A DNA stretch of 64,000 bases from Desulfatiglandales bacterium (GTDB taxonomy: Bacteria; Desulfobacterota; DSM-4660; Desulfatiglandales; Desulfatiglandaceae): NCBI GenBank assembly GCA_963666345.1, contig OY762721.1:2368001-2432000 (forward strand), written 5' to 3'. The notes under the pieces are model-generated. The model worked only from the letters and a program-made list of their open reading frames with translations, did not search any database and was not told the origin of the DNA. Position 1 is the stretch's first letter; each line of letters opens with the position of its first letter. The position numbers and the translations under genes were made by a program. Shown piece after piece: positions 49,179 to 59,027 of the stretch.

Positions 49179-50477
49179 ATGCGAATCAACCATATAATCA
49201 AGATAACTGCCGCGGCAGGTCTTCTCCTGTCCGGTTTCATATCCGCCGGGTGCGAGCCTGGAAATGCGCAAAGCGGGCAGCCGCAGGACCGCACCCCCGA
49301 GGTTGCGGTGGTGACTGTCAAGCCACAGTCGGTGGCCTTGACCACCGAGCTGCCGGGACGCACGTCACCCTATATGCTCGCTGAAATCCGTCCCCAGGTA
49401 AACGGTCTTATCCAGAAGCGTCTGTTTGAGGAAGGCTCCGATGTAAAGGCCGGGCAGGTTCTTTATCAGATCGACCCTGCACCTTTTCAGGCGGCCTTTA
49501 ATAACGCGGCGGCAAATCTTACCGCCTCACGCAAGGCAGCCGAACGTGCCCGGGCAGCAATTGAAACGAGTATAGCAGGTGTCACCCAGCAGGAGGCCGT
49601 GCTGGCATTTGCCCGGACCAATCGGAAGCGGTTTGAAGAACTGTTCAAGGATCGGGCGGTGTCGGCCACCCAGCTCGACCAGGCCGTGACAGACGCGGAT
49701 GTGGCGGAGGCCGGGCTAAAGGCCGCCAAGGCAAGGGTGGAGAGCGAAACACAGGCACTGGCGGCATCGGAAGCCGCTATCCTGCAGGCGAAAGCGGCTT
49801 TGCAGACAGCCCGTATCAATCTGGGTTATACCGGAATCACCGCCCCTGTTTCCGGTCGTATAGGCAGATCCAATGTGACGGAGGGAGCCATAGTGACGGC
49901 GTATCAGCCTGTGGCCCTGGCGGTGATTCAGCAGCTCGACCCGATATATGTGGATGTGCCTCAATCCTCGGCAAAACTGCTGCGGCTTAACCGCAGCCTC
50001 AAGAGCGGGCGCTTGAACGGCAAAGGCGAAAACCAGAAAAAGGTAAGTATGATCCTGGAAGACGGGTCTGATTACCCGCTTGAAGGCACACTCCAGTTCC
50101 GGGATGTAACGGTTGATTCCACTACAGGGTCCGTGATCCTGCGTATCAAGTTTCCGAACCCTGATAACATCCTTCTTCCGGGCATGTTTGTAAGGGCGGT
50201 TGTTCAGGAAGGTATCGCCGAACAGGCCATTATCATTCCCCAGCAGGGGGTATCTCGAGATCCAAAGGGAAACCCTGTGGCCCTGATCCTTAATGGTGAA
50301 GGCAAGGTAGCCCAGCGCATGCTTACCCTTAACAGGGCCATGGGAGACAAGTGGCTGGTTTCATCAGGACTGTCCGCAGGAGACCGCCTCATTGTGGAAG
50401 GCTTGCAGAAGGTGAGACCCGGTGCCGAAGCAAGGCCTGTTCCCTTTGAAAGTGAAAAGACAGATCCCAGTAGCTAA
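49179..50477 (+). CDS. RND efflux membrane fusion protein (AcrA/MexA-like)
   Basis: Lipobox SAGC, ELPGRT..AEIRPQV.G.I.KRLF.EGS, QQLDPIYVD, LLPGMFV. Confidence 0.95.
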   Translation: MRINHIIKITAAAGLLLSGFISAGCEPGNAQSGQPQDRTPEVAVVTVKPQSVALTTELPGRTSPYMLAEIRPQVNGLIQKRLFEEGSDVKAGQVLYQIDPAPFQAAFNNAAANLTASRKAAERARAAIETSIAGVTQQEAVLAFARTNRKRFEELFKDRAVSATQLDQAVTDADVAEAGLKAAKARVESETQALAASEAAILQAKAALQTARINLGYTGITAPVSGRIGRSNVTEGAIVTAYQPVALAVIQQLDPIYVDVPQSSAKLLRLNRSLKSGRLNGKGENQKKVSMILEDGSDYPLEGTLQFRDVTVDSTTGSVILRIKFPNPDNILLPGMFVRAVVQEGIAEQAIIIPQQGVSRDPKGNPVALILNGEGKVAQRMLTLNRAMGDKWLVSSGLSAGDRLIVEGLQKVRPGAEARPVPFESEKTDPSS

Positions 50478-50502
50478 GAATAGAATTTAAGGAGAAACCT
50501 GA

Positions 50503-53500
50503 ATGTTATCGAGATTTTTTCTTGACCGCCCGGTCTTTGCCTGGGTGATTGCCATCATCATGATGCTTGCGGGCGGTCTTGCCATATATACACTTCCCAT
50601 ATCGCAGTATCCGCCTATCGCCCCGCCTTCGATCGCAATCGAGGCGACCTATCCGGGGGCCTCGGCCGAGACCGTGGAAAACACGGTCATCCAGATTATC
50701 GAACAGAAGATGACCGGGTTTGACAAGCTGATCTACATGTCCGCCACAAGCGATTCGGCCGGCTCCGGCCGCATTGAACTTACCTTTGCGCCGGGAACCG
50801 ATCCCGATCTTGCATGGTCAAAGGTCCAGAACAAGCTCCAGCTTGCCATGGCAAGCCTGCCTGAAGTGGTGCAGCGTCAGGGCGTCAAGGTGAGCAAATC
50901 AACCGCCAATTACCTGCTTGTGGTCGGCCTTGTTTCCGAAGACGGAAGCATGGACGGAAACGACCTGAGGGACTACGCCAAGTCCAATGTGGAAAAGGTG
51001 CTGGCGCGCGTGCCGGGCGTGGGGGAGGTGGAGGCCTTCGGCTCCCAGTATGCCATGCGGGTCTGGCTGGATCCGGACAGGTTGACCGATTTTCACCTGA
51101 CCGTGGAAGACGTTATAGGCGCCCTTCGAAGCTATAATGTGGAGGTCTCGGCCGGTGCCTTCGGAGGTGCCCCGGCGGTTAAGGGCCAGAGGCTTAACTC
51201 CTCAATCATAGTCCAGAATCTGCTTCAGACCCCTGAGCAGTTCGCATCGGTTCCGATACGCACCAACCCTGACGGCTCGGTCGTGCGTGTAAGCGATGTG
51301 GGACGGACTGAACTGGGAACAGAGTTCTACGGCGTTGAAGCCCTGTTCAATGGAAATCCTTCGGCAGGCCTTGCCGTGCGTCAGTCCGCCGGGGCCAACG
51401 CCCTTGATACGGCCGATGCTATAAAGAACAAGATGGAGGAGCTATCAAACTATTTCCCGGCCGGCATGAAGGTGATCTATCCTTATGACACCACCCCCTT
51501 TGTAAAGGTGGCCATCGGAGAGGTGGTAAAGACCCTTCTGGAGGCGATCCTGCTGGTGTTTCTTGTGATGTATCTTTTCCTGGGAAACATGCGGGCAACC
51601 CTGATACCCACCATCGCGGTCCCGGTTGTAATCCTGGGGACATTTGCGGTGCTGTCGCTTTTCGGATTCTCCATAAACATGCTCACCATGTTCGCCATGG
51701 TGCTGGCAATCGGTTTGCTCGTGGATGATGCCATAGTGGTGGTGGAAAATGTGGAACGGGTCATGGCGGAAGAGGGTCTTTCTCCAAAAGAGGCAACCCG
51801 CAAGTCGATGGGCGAAATTACTAGTGCTCTCATCGGAATCGGTCTGGTGCTCTCAGCCGTATTCGGCCCGATGATCTTTTTTGCCGGCTCAACAGGTGTC
51901 ATCTACAGACAGTTTTCAGTCACCATCATAGCCTCCATGCTGCTTTCGGTGGCAGTGGCCCTGATCCTGACGCCGGTCCTTTGCGCAACGCTTCTCAAAC
52001 CCGTGGCCAGAGGGCATTCATCTTCGGACAATGTATTTTTCCTGTTCCGCCCCTTTTTCCGCTGGTTCAACCGGATGTTCTCGATGGTCAGGGGCCGATA
52101 TCAGGCCATGGTCGGGGCCATGCTTGCAAAGAGGCTGCGTTACCTGTTCTGTTTTCTCCTGATAGTGGTGGCCCTCGGCGTTCTTTTCCAGCGGATGCCC
52201 ACCTCCTACCTCCCGGACGAGGACCAGGGGATCCTGTTTTCTCAGGTGATGCTGCCTACCGGCTCCACCCTGGAGCAGACAGATGCGGTAATGGATGAGG
52301 TGAGGAAGTACTTTCTGGAAGATGAAAAGGAGGCTGTGGAGTCCTGTTTTACGATTTCAGGTTTCAGCTTTTCCGGGCAGGGACAGAATATGGGGATGGC
52401 TTTTGTCCAACTGAAGGACTGGGACCTGCGTGAAAAACCGGCCCTTAAGGTCGATGCGCTTGCAAAAAGGGCCATGGGAAGGTTCGCCCGCATCAGAAAC
52501 GCCATGGTATTCGCCTTTGCCCCGCCGTCCGTGATCGAGCTGGGTAATGCGGAAGGGTTTGACTTTGAGCTTCAGGACCGCGGCGGCATAGGCCATCATG
52601 CCCTTATGTCGGCCAGAAACCGGCTTCTCGGTATGGCAGCTGCTGACCCGCGCCTTACAGCGGTCCGGCCCAACGGCATGGAGGATCAGCCCCAGTACCG
52701 GGTGGATGTGGACTGGGAAAAGGCGGGCACCCTGGGGGTGCCTGTTTCCACCATCCATAACGGGATATCAGCGGCATTCGGAAGCGCATATGTGAACGAC
52801 TTTATCCAGGGGGGCAGGGTAAAGCGGGTCTATGTTCAGGCGGACGCCCCATACCGCATGCTGCCCGATCACCTGGATAAGCTCTACTTCAGGGGCAACG
52901 GGGGCGCCATGGTGCCCTTTTCATCCGTTGCGACCGGTTACTGGAACCAGGGCTCTCCCAGGCTGGAAAGATACAACAGCTTTCCCGCCTTGAACATCCA
53001 GGGCGAGCCGGCACCGGGAGTAAGCTCGGGTGATGCCATGCAGGCCATGGAGGAGATCGTTTCGAAGCTGCCCCGGGGCACAGGTTTTGACTGGACAGGT
53101 CTTTCCTATCAGGAGCGGATGAGCACCTCCCAGGCGCCTATCCTGTACGCGGTTTCGATTCTCGTGATTTTTCTTTTTCTTGCGGCACTTTACGAGAGCT
53201 GGACCATCCCTGTGTCCATTCTTCTGGCATTGCCGCTGGGTGTAGTCGGGGGGGTTCTTGCCTCCTCGTGGAGGGGGATGCCCAATGACGTCTACTTCCA
53301 GATCGGGCTTTTGACCGTGCTGGGGCTTACCACCAAAAACGCCATACTGATCGTGCAGTTTGCCCAGACAAAGATGGAGGAAGGCATGGACCTGATTCAG
53401 GCCACCCTCGAAGGTGCAAGGCTAAGGCTGAGGCCTATAATAATGACCTCGCTTGCATTCGGGTTCGGTGTGTTGCCGCTGGCAACGGCCACCGGAGCTG

Positions 53501-53682
53501 GTGCGGGCGCGCAGAAGGCGATAGGCACCTGCGTGCTGGGCGGCATGTTTACCGCGACCTTCCTGGCGGTTTTCTTTATACCTCTGTTTTTCGTGGTGGT
53601 GGTAAGGATCTTCGGTAGAAAGAAGGGCTCAAATGCGGATACGACTGACCCGGATGATACCGCAAAAGTGGAGGGATGCTGA
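50503..53682 (+). CDS. RND efflux transporter, HAE1 family (AcrB/MexB-like)
   Basis: FF.DRPVFAWVIAI, GLLVDDAIVVVENVER, KNAILIV.FA, RLRPIIMTSLAF. Confidence 0.97.
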   Translation: MLSRFFLDRPVFAWVIAIIMMLAGGLAIYTLPISQYPPIAPPSIAIEATYPGASAETVENTVIQIIEQKMTGFDKLIYMSATSDSAGSGRIELTFAPGTDPDLAWSKVQNKLQLAMASLPEVVQRQGVKVSKSTANYLLVVGLVSEDGSMDGNDLRDYAKSNVEKVLARVPGVGEVEAFGSQYAMRVWLDPDRLTDFHLTVEDVIGALRSYNVEVSAGAFGGAPAVKGQRLNSSIIVQNLLQTPEQFASVPIRTNPDGSVVRVSDVGRTELGTEFYGVEALFNGNPSAGLAVRQSAGANALDTADAIKNKMEELSNYFPAGMKVIYPYDTTPFVKVAIGEVVKTLLEAILLVFLVMYLFLGNMRATLIPTIAVPVVILGTFAVLSLFGFSINMLTMFAMVLAIGLLVDDAIVVVENVERVMAEEGLSPKEATRKSMGEITSALIGIGLVLSAVFGPMIFFAGSTGVIYRQFSVTIIASMLLSVAVALILTPVLCATLLKPVARGHSSSDNVFFLFRPFFRWFNRMFSMVRGRYQAMVGAMLAKRLRYLFCFLLIVVALGVLFQRMPTSYLPDEDQGILFSQVMLPTGSTLEQTDAVMDEVRKYFLEDEKEAVESCFTISGFSFSGQGQNMGMAFVQLKDWDLREKPALKVDALAKRAMGRFARIRNAMVFAFAPPSVIELGNAEGFDFELQDRGGIGHHALMSARNRLLGMAAADPRLTAVRPNGMEDQPQYRVDVDWEKAGTLGVPVSTIHNGISAAFGSAYVNDFIQGGRVKRVYVQADAPYRMLPDHLDKLYFRGNGGAMVPFSSVATGYWNQGSPRLERYNSFPALNIQGEPAPGVSSGDAMQAMEEIVSKLPRGTGFDWTGLSYQERMSTSQAPILYAVSILVIFLFLAALYESWTIPVSILLALPLGVVGGVLASSWRGMPNDVYFQIGLLTVLGLTTKNAILIVQFAQTKMEEGMDLIQATLEGARLRLRPIIMTSLAFGFGVLPLATATGAGAGAQKAIGTCVLGGMFTATFLAVFFIPLFFVVVVRIFGRKKGSNADTTDPDDTAKVEGC

Positions 53683-53683
53683 G

Positions 53684-55147
53684 ATGATACGCAGAATTAT
53701 CCCGTTTATGGGCATGGCCCTCTTATTTACAGGCTGCTCGCTTGCGCCTCAATACTCAAGGCCTCAGGCACCGGTCCCGGCCGGCCTGCCTGACGGGCCT
53801 GCATATGAAAACATTAAGGCGACCTCTTCTGCCCCGGCTGCCTGCGATATACCGTGGAGAGAGTTTTTCACCGACAATCGGATGCAGAGGGTCATTGAGA
53901 CAGCGCTTGAAAATAACCGCGACCTGAGGGTGGCCGCCCTGAAAGTTGAAAGGGCGCGGGCCTTGTACCGCATACAGCGCTCCGAGCTTCTGCCCAAGGT
54001 CTATGGGGATGGAAGCGGCGGCAAACAGCGCCTGCCTGCCGATCTCTCCGGTACCGGGCGTTCCGAGACGTTTGAGCAATACAGCGTCGGCCTGGGAGTT
54101 GCATCCTGGGAGATAGATTTTTTCGGGCGTATCAGGAGCCTTAAGCAAAAGGCCCTGCAGGAGTTCCTGTCCACGGAGCAGGCCCGGCACGCCGCAGAGA
54201 TACTGCTTGTCTCTGAAGTGGCCAATGCCTATCTGAGTCTGGCGGCGGACAGGGAAGACCTCAATCTGGCCCTTTCCACGCTCGATTCACAGAAGGGTTC
54301 CTACGACCTGATTGAACGGCGTTATGAGGTGGGTGTGGCGCAGATGCTGGAGCTTCGTCAGGCCCAGACCCGGGTGGATGCGGCAAGGGTCGATGTAGCC
54401 CTCTACACTCAGCTGGCTGCAAGGGATGAAAACGCCCTCAATCTATTGGCCGGATCCCGCGTAGAGCCGGAGCTTCTGCCCGATAGCCTGGATGATGTAA
54501 GACCGCCGAAGGATATTTCTTTTACGATCTCTTCTGAGGTGCTTCTGACCCGGCCGGACGTGCTTCAGGCGGAAAATTTCCTTAAGTCCGCAAACGCAAA
54601 CATTGGAGCCGCCCGGGCCGCCTTTTTCCCCCGCATCTCTCTTACGACCGCCTTTGGAACCGCAAGCGGCGAGCTGTCCGGGCTTTTCAAGGCAGGAAGC
54701 GCCTCCTGGAACTTTGCGCCCCAGATAGGGCTTCCGATCTTTGATCCGGGCGTATGGTCGCAACTAAAGGTGAGCAAGGTGGAAAGAAAGATCGCGGTTG
54801 CAGAGTATGAAAAGGCGATTCAGACCGCCTTCAGGGAGGTGGCCGATGCCCTGGCGCAGCGCGGTACCGTGGAAGAGCAACTGGAGGCGCAAAGTTCCCT
54901 GGTAGATGCCGCAGCTGAAACCTGCAGGCTTTCAAACGCCCTTTATACCAAGGGGATCGACAGCTACCTGGGCGTGCTTGATTCTCAACGCTCTCTATAC
55001 GCTTCCAGGCAGGGGTTGATCTCCGTCCGGCTTGCCCGGTTCACCAATCTGGTGAAACTCTATGCGGTGCTCGGTGGTGGCGCTTCTTCTACCGTCGTGT
55101 CATACAATAATTCGGGTAGTGACTTCGATACAGAAAAGTCAGGGTAG
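53684..55147 (+). CDS. RND outer-membrane lipoprotein (OprM/NodT family)
   Basis: Lipobox TGC-SLAP.Y, AL.NNRDLR, WE.D.FGR, ANANIGAARAAFFP, LY..LGGG. Confidence 0.95.
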   Translation: MIRRIIPFMGMALLFTGCSLAPQYSRPQAPVPAGLPDGPAYENIKATSSAPAACDIPWREFFTDNRMQRVIETALENNRDLRVAALKVERARALYRIQRSELLPKVYGDGSGGKQRLPADLSGTGRSETFEQYSVGLGVASWEIDFFGRIRSLKQKALQEFLSTEQARHAAEILLVSEVANAYLSLAADREDLNLALSTLDSQKGSYDLIERRYEVGVAQMLELRQAQTRVDAARVDVALYTQLAARDENALNLLAGSRVEPELLPDSLDDVRPPKDISFTISSEVLLTRPDVLQAENFLKSANANIGAARAAFFPRISLTTAFGTASGELSGLFKAGSASWNFAPQIGLPIFDPGVWSQLKVSKVERKIAVAEYEKAIQTAFREVADALAQRGTVEEQLEAQSSLVDAAAETCRLSNALYTKGIDSYLGVLDSQRSLYASRQGLISVRLARFTNLVKLYAVLGGGASSTVVSYNNSGSDFDTEKSG

Positions 55148-55214
55148 AAGAGAGAATCAGGCGGTACATACAAGAATATTGTGAAACGCAATTCTTGACA
55201 TGCGGAGTTAAAAA

Positions 55215-55433
55215 ATGGAGCAGTTCAAACTCGAAGTTAGTAATGATTTGTCTGCCATGATTCAAGGCATGGGAAATGCCATTCGATCCAGGTGCCCCCG
55301 GTATGACAACGAAGGAAATAACAGACTCAGGCTCGTGCGTATGAGGGTGGGCAGGGGTGCTGTTGAATGCACCTATGAAACCTTTGACATGGAGTGGAGC
55401 ACAAAGGCAGATCGAACAGGGACCTTGTCCTGA
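55215..55433 (+). CDS. Small hypothetical protein
   Basis: GGAG RBS; weak similarity to 39861 ORF. Confidence 0.5.
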   Translation: MEQFKLEVSNDLSAMIQGMGNAIRSRCPRYDNEGNNRLRLVRMRVGRGAVECTYETFDMEWSTKADRTGTLS

Positions 55434-55483
55434 TGAAATGGATGTAACAGGCAGGGACCTTTGTATTACAGGGGGTCTCGCAG

Positions 55484-55663
55484 ATGAAAAAGATCGTCCT
55501 TGTGACTGGAAAGGATAAAGACTGCAGGAGTTTTATTGAACTGTTAAATGATCTTTTTCCGGAAACCGAAATCGAGGTTGTCCTTAAGGAGAGAAAAGAT
55601 GATTTCAGCAGTGAAGGCGCGCAGTATATACCGGCCCAGAACACCCCTGAGTTTCCTTCTTGA
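55484..55663 (+). CDS. Small hypothetical protein (59 aa, absent from ORF track)
   Basis: MKKIVLVTGKDKDCRSFIELLNDLFPETEIEVV..., beta-alpha-beta pattern, GGGGG RBS-like. Confidence 0.5.
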   Translation: MKKIVLVTGKDKDCRSFIELLNDLFPETEIEVVLKERKDDFSSEGAQYIPAQNTPEFPS

Positions 55664-56060
55664 AAGAAGGCGGGTCGAATTGAGGCTTGAAAAAAGGTTT
55701 CAGAACAACTTGAAAGGGGCTGACATGCAGGAGCTTGAGGGCCTGTCGTTCAACCGTTTGCTCAGCCTTGTCATAATAAGGCAGCGAGGTCCTCTGTCCC
55801 TTAGCGAGCTTGCCGATATCCTCAAGATATCGACTCCGTCGGCCTCCGCCCTGGTTGAGAAGTTATACCGGCTGAGGCTGGTTAAAAGGGTGCGGGCTTC
55901 AAAAGATCGCAGGAAGATAGAAATAGAAATCCCGGCCCATGCCTTAAAGGGTGTCTTTGCCGTTGAAAGGGCCATGACGCGCACCCTCTCAGAGATTGTT
56001 GACACGGTGGGAGAGGAAAACTTCTGGCTCTATCATGACCGGTTGTTTAAGGCCTCATAA
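55599..56060 (+). CDS. MarR family regulator
   Basis: LSLSELA..L.IS.PSASALVEKL....LVKR.....DRR; AAGGAG before ATG 55599. Confidence 0.85.
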   Translation: MISAVKARSIYRPRTPLSFLLERRRVELRLEKRFQNNLKGADMQELEGLSFNRLLSLVIIRQRGPLSLSELADILKISTPSASALVEKLYRLRLVKRVRASKDRRKIEIEIPAHALKGVFAVERAMTRTLSEIVDTVGEENFWLYHDRLFKAS

Positions 56061-56251
56061 AATGGCAATGGCCCGTGTGCAGGGGGGAAATAGCTGAATT
56101 CTCCCCCTGTCCGGTCTGTGAAACAGGCTCATGCTATTCCGGTGAACGTCCGGAAACGGCCCGTTTCGGGATAAAGGCTTTCAGGTATCAGCACGTGGCC
56201 GTTAGGTTGATATTCCATATGCTTTACAGAAGGCTGAGGTCTGATAACTGA

Positions 56252-56291
56252 TAGCGTGAGTCCATAAATGTTAATTTATGGATGAGCACTA
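56252..56291. repeat. Terminal-inverted-repeat mini hairpin
   Basis: TAGCGTGAGTCCATAAAT-GTTA-ATTTATGGATGAGCACTA; right arm is the exact reverse complement of 46655-46672. Confidence 0.65.
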
Positions 56292-57419
56292 TTCCAGTAT
56301 ATGGATATTGTTCTTCGCGCATATCTCCTTGAGTATCCTGGGCCATACCGAGACGGTTACCTCTCCCAGGTGGGCGGTTCTGAGAAGGTACATAAACGTC
56401 CTTGACTGCCCTATGCCTCCCCCGATGCTGAGGGGGATGTCATCATTCAATATGGCCCGGTGATAGGGGAGCTTCAGGAAATCCTCCTGTCCGGCCATCT
56501 TGAGCTGCACCTTGAGGCTGTCCTTGGTTACCCTTATGCCCATGGATGTAAGCTCATGACGTCTTTTCGTGACCGGGTTCCACACGAGTATGTCGCCGTT
56601 GAGGCCGTGATACTGCTCGCCGTTTCTCATTATCGTTTCAGTGGCCCAGTCGTCATAGTCCGCGGCGCGCATTTCGTGAGGGTACCCGTCCTTGAGGGGC
56701 CAGCCTATTCCCGTTATGAAAAGGGCCTGGGCCTTTTCCATGAGCACGGTCGTCTCCCTCTGCTTGCGCGGCAAGTCGGGGTACATGTCAAGGAGTTCCT
56801 CGGCGTGAATGAATTCGATCTGTTCAGGGATCTCCGGATACTTGTCCGTCTTAAGTTGAGGAAACATGTCCTGAGCCATCTTTCCTGCGCCGTATATGAC
56901 CTTCCAGATTTTTTTTACGACATCCTTCAGAAAATCAAGGTTGCGGTCCTTTTCCGTAATCACCCTCTCCCAGTCCCACTGGTCGACGTAAGCGCTGTGA
57001 TCATGGTCAAGGAAGTAATCCTTTCTGACCGCCCTCATGTCCGTGCACAGCCCCTCGCCGATCTCACAGTCAAACTGTGTCAGTGCCATGCGCTTCCACT
57101 TGGTGGCTGCCTGAACGAGCTGTGCCTGTATCGGATTTTCAAGACCCAGGCCGCATGGAAACTCGACAGGCGTGCGGGAGCCGTCCCTGTCAAGGTAGTC
57201 ATTAATGCCGCTGTCCCTGTCAACGATAAGGGGAACCTGAACCATCTGCAGGTTGAGCTCCTTGCAGAGATTTTCCTCGATGTTGTTTTTCAAGGCAAAG
57301 ACCGCCTTCATCCTTTCCATTGGTGTAAGGAGTGCCTCATAGTCTTTGGGGAGATTTTTTTCAAGATCGCTGTAGTTTCCTATGCCCGGTCCTGCCAGAT
57401 CCGCTTTTTTGTCCGTCAT
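56289..57419 (-). CDS. asnA: Aspartate--ammonia ligase AsnA
   Basis: KWKR, H.AYVDQWDWE, RA.DYDDW, LNGDILVWN, E..SMGIRV, SIGGGIGQSR, H.GEV..SVWP; start moved to MTDKKAD. Confidence 0.94.
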   Translation of the reverse strand: MTDKKADLAGPGIGNYSDLEKNLPKDYEALLTPMERMKAVFALKNNIEENLCKELNLQMVQVPLIVDRDSGINDYLDRDGSRTPVEFPCGLGLENPIQAQLVQAATKWKRMALTQFDCEIGEGLCTDMRAVRKDYFLDHDHSAYVDQWDWERVITEKDRNLDFLKDVVKKIWKVIYGAGKMAQDMFPQLKTDKYPEIPEQIEFIHAEELLDMYPDLPRKQRETTVLMEKAQALFITGIGWPLKDGYPHEMRAADYDDWATETIMRNGEQYHGLNGDILVWNPVTKRRHELTSMGIRVTKDSLKVQLKMAGQEDFLKLPYHRAILNDDIPLSIGGGIGQSRTFMYLLRTAHLGEVTVSVWPRILKEICAKNNIHILE

Positions 57420-57730
57420 CTTTTGTCTGCTCCTGTTGTGTGGATAAATATGTCTGAAAGCAAAAAAGTTGTTGATATCCTCTTCTGCTATATTTTTCCC
57501 ATTGGCTGCGCCGGTAAGACAGTGCATCAAAGCGCTGCCGACATGCAGCCATAGGCGAATTAAAAATAATAGGGTCGATTTGGAATCAAAGGAATTTTTC
57601 CGAGGTAGGTACCTGAAAACATGCCTTTGTCTATCGAACATAAAGGGCATCCATAAGCGATTAATCATATAGAATATGATCTCGTTTTTATCAATATTAA
57701 AATGAAAAAGAAAATCCGTTGTTTCCATTC

Positions 57731-57820
57731 CCCTGACCCCTGGAATCCTTGAAACCGGGAACCAGCTGTGAAGCAGTGGGACTGAGCAAAGCTAAGCGAG
57801 GGCGAAGAATCCTTGGATCC
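57731..57820 (-). repeat. REP-like repeat copy within GGATTCCA/GGGGTCAG octamer context
   Basis: Reverse complement matches 43251-43392 architecture. Confidence 0.8.
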
Positions 57821-58066
57821 TTTAAAATTCCGCATATTAGTCCTTGCCCCCTTGTTTTAAATCACTTATACTTCATTGGGTCATTGCCTTTTTAACCTGT
57901 TTAAGGGTATGCGCGACCGGTTTCGAATCGTACCGCTCTTTTCAATAAAAAGCTTGTAACCTGAATTTCCGGATCATGAAAAAGGATCACCCTGTTGAGG
58001 TGTCTTCCTCAACGCTTTCTAAAGAGAGCAAAAACTGTGAACACTTTTGATCAAAGGAGGGTTACC

Positions 58067-58963
58067 ATGAAAAGGCTTATTTTTGTTTTGGTCTGCCTGG
58101 TATTTGTGCTCGGTCTTCTGGCGGTACCCGCGCTGGCCGGTTCCACCATGGATCAGATAGCCAAGACAGGCAAAATAAAGGTCGGATTCAGGGAGGGGTC
58201 GATCCCCTTCGCGTTCGTGGATCCGAAGGTGGGCAAGCATGTCGGTTTTTCCGTTGATATGGCAGGACTGCTCGCCGATAATCTGGGTAAAAGGTTCGGA
58301 AAGAAGATTGAAATCGTTCCCCACACCGTAACCCCCAAAACACGCATCCCCATGGTCGTAAACGGAACCATCGACGTTGAAACCGGTTCAACCACCTACA
58401 CACAGAAAAGAGAAGAACAGGCCGATTTCAGCATAGTCTTTTTCTTTTCAGAGACCACCTTCCTCGTTGCCAAGGCCGACAACATACAGAAGCTTGAAGA
58501 TTTAAACGGCAAAAGGGTGGGTGCGGCCAGGGGCACGACCAACCTGCGTGCCGTGGAGGCCCTTGCAAAAGAAGGCAAATTCACCCCCAAAGACATCGTT
58601 GTAACCGAGACCCATCCACAGGGTATGCTGGCGCTCAAAAGCGGAAAGATTGAGGCATACTCCACGGACCGGAGTCTTCTCGAAGGCATTCGCATGAAGG
58701 ACAAGGACCCTGACAAATGGATGACCACATCATTTGCGATCGCCTACGAGCCGTATGCCTATATCATGCGCGAGAACGATTCCGATTTCCGCGATTTCGT
58801 CAACAACACCATTATCTGGGCCATCAAAACGGGCAAGTTTCAGGAGTTTTATGAGAAATGGATGGGCCCCAGAGGGGTTGTCCCGATCCCCATGTCAAAG
58901 GCATACAGCGATTACCTGCAGATGATGGTATATCCGATTTCAGACGGCTGGTGGAAGAAATAA
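58067..58963 (+). CDS. Polar amino-acid ABC substrate-binding protein (Glu/Asp, GltI-like)
   Basis: G.RE.SIPF, RIP.V.NGT.D.E.GSTT, GTT, EPY; AAGGAGG RBS. Confidence 0.9.
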   Translation: MKRLIFVLVCLVFVLGLLAVPALAGSTMDQIAKTGKIKVGFREGSIPFAFVDPKVGKHVGFSVDMAGLLADNLGKRFGKKIEIVPHTVTPKTRIPMVVNGTIDVETGSTTYTQKREEQADFSIVFFFSETTFLVAKADNIQKLEDLNGKRVGAARGTTNLRAVEALAKEGKFTPKDIVVTETHPQGMLALKSGKIEAYSTDRSLLEGIRMKDKDPDKWMTTSFAIAYEPYAYIMRENDSDFRDFVNNTIIWAIKTGKFQEFYEKWMGPRGVVPIPMSKAYSDYLQMMVYPISDGWWKK

Positions 58964-59027
58964 TTCATAATCGGGGAGGGGCCCCTCAAGGCCTCTCCCT
59001 CGTTCAGGGCACCTCCGGAGATTTTCG

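Noticed and set aside
56460..57554. 364-aa plus-strand ORF
   Set aside because: Antisense shadow of asnA, no recognisable motifs
57420..57728. 103-aa N-terminal extension of AsnA in the ORF track
   Set aside because: Non-protein-like composition; homology starts near MTDKKAD
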